Below are positions 63,398-64,000 of a stretch of DNA of 64,000 nt, piece by piece. The DNA lies in contig DAOKZI010000008.1 in NCBI GenBank assembly GCA_035325705.1, positions 61,451 to 125,450 of the forward strand. Reading direction: 5' to 3'. The position numbers and the translations under genes are program-made. The notes beneath the pieces were generated by a model that saw only the letters and a list, made by a program, of their open reading frames with translations, had not been told where the DNA came from and did not search any database. Each line of letters starts with the position of its first letter. Position 1 is the first letter of the stretch. This DNA is from Gammaproteobacteria bacterium (GTDB taxonomy: Bacteria > Pseudomonadota > Gammaproteobacteria > Ga0077536).

Positions 63398-64000
63398 CTA
63401 CACGGCGCTGCGCATCAGCTCGCCGACCACGCGTTCGAGTTGGCGCAGCGAGCGGCAGGGCTCGACGCGATCGCAGGCGCTGGCGAGCTTGAGCATTTCG
63501 GAGTCGCCGATCTGCCAGAACGCGCGCGGCTCGGGGTTCAGCCAGATCACGCGCTTCGCGCGAGCGTGGACGAGCCGCAGCTCGCGCAGCCCCGCATAGC
63601 CGTAGTTCGAGCGCGCGTCGCCCAGGATCAGCACCGTCGTGCGGTGGTCGATGTCGCCCAAGGCCTGCTCGACGAGCTGCGCGAAGGCCATGCCGTAGTC
63701 GGTGGACCCCCAGCCGTAGCGCTGCAGCGCGATCGCCACGGCTTCCTCGACCGCGTGCGTCGCGAACAGCGCCGTGACCTCGGCGAGCACCGAGGAGAAC
63801 ACGAAGGAGCGCACTTTCGGCAGCACTTCGGACACGCTGTAGAGGAAGAGCAGCAGGAAGCGCGCGACGGCCGCGACCGAGCCGGACACGTCGCAGACCG
63901 CGACGATCTTCGGGCGCTCGATCTTCTTTCGCCGCCACACGACGTCGAACAGCAGGCCGTCGAACTCGATGTTGCGGCGGATCGTGTGGCGCACGTCGAG
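63398..64000 (-). CDS. VWA domain-containing CoxE-like protein (5' end beyond the window)
   Basis: VAVCDVSGSV (MIDAS-like), ILGDARSN and WLNPEP are present. The ORF is open to the window edge. Confidence 0.85.
   Translation of the reverse strand, partial: LDVRHTIRRNIEFDGLLFDVVWRRKKIERPKIVAVCDVSGSVAAVARFLLLFLYSVSEVLPKVRSFVFSSVLAEVTALFATHAVEEAVAIALQRYGWGSTDYGMAFAQLVEQALGDIDHRTTVLILGDARSNYGYAGLRELRLVHARAKRVIWLNPEPRAFWQIGDSEMLKLASACDRVEPCRSLRQLERVVGELMRSAV

Noticed and set aside
1-64000. Search by eye for tRNA, rRNA, transposase, integrase, RAYT, toxin-antitoxin, restriction-modification, cas or other defence genes
   Set aside because: I recognised none. There were no T-loop-like GGTTCGA.TCC motifs in plausible tRNA context and no ORF with transposase or recombinase motifs. 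HNH (YajD) and GIY-YIG (YhbQ-like) are housekeeping-type small nucleases rather than defence modules. A proper tRNAscan and HMM scan is still needed.

Overview
This is a very GC-rich chromosomal segment from a diderm proteobacterium, judged from its Mla/MCE, lipoprotein, MsrPQ and CopCD genes. I worked by eye only: no GC was computed and no search was run. About 68 protein genes can be supported. I recognised no rRNA, tRNA, CRISPR, transposase, integrase or phage gene. The gene content is ordinary core and accessory metabolism. It includes copC-copD-lipoprotein, a GIY-YIG-Ada fusion plus a 2OG-Fe(II) oxygenase, msrPQ, yebC and dusC. It also includes LLM monooxygenases, GSTs, hydrolases and a DUF4142-cupredoxin-ECF sigma operon. 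A roughly 10-kb CoA-thioester catabolic cluster carries a ligase, a MaoC hydratase, IclR, a QOR, crotonases, SDRs and a MenB/BadI-type hydrolase. An Mla-like ABC lipid transporter is also present. Most intergenic gaps carry GTAG-headed REP hairpins of at least six sequence families, and these recur as fixed-order mosaics. The five most noteworthy observations are these. (1) A PrdB/GrdB-family reductase is interrupted by an in-frame TGA in a U-x-x-C-H context followed by a SECIS-like hairpin; it is a candidate selenoprotein that the ORF track splits in two. (2) A YhbQ-type GIY-YIG domain lies in frame with Ada, which is translationally coupled to a 2OG oxygenase. (3) One MBL/ODP-like gene is bracketed by inverted REP mosaics of about 257 bp. 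(4) A 24-codon mini-cistron sits behind a 13-15 nt perfect complement of the 16S 3' end. (5) The REP architecture is modular, and REP heads donate TAG stop codons to genes. Many long ORFs in the track are wrong-frame shadows (Arg/Ala/Gly/Pro-rich) of real genes. I chose the start codons myself (the track uses ATG/GTG/TTG), and they are less certain than the stops.
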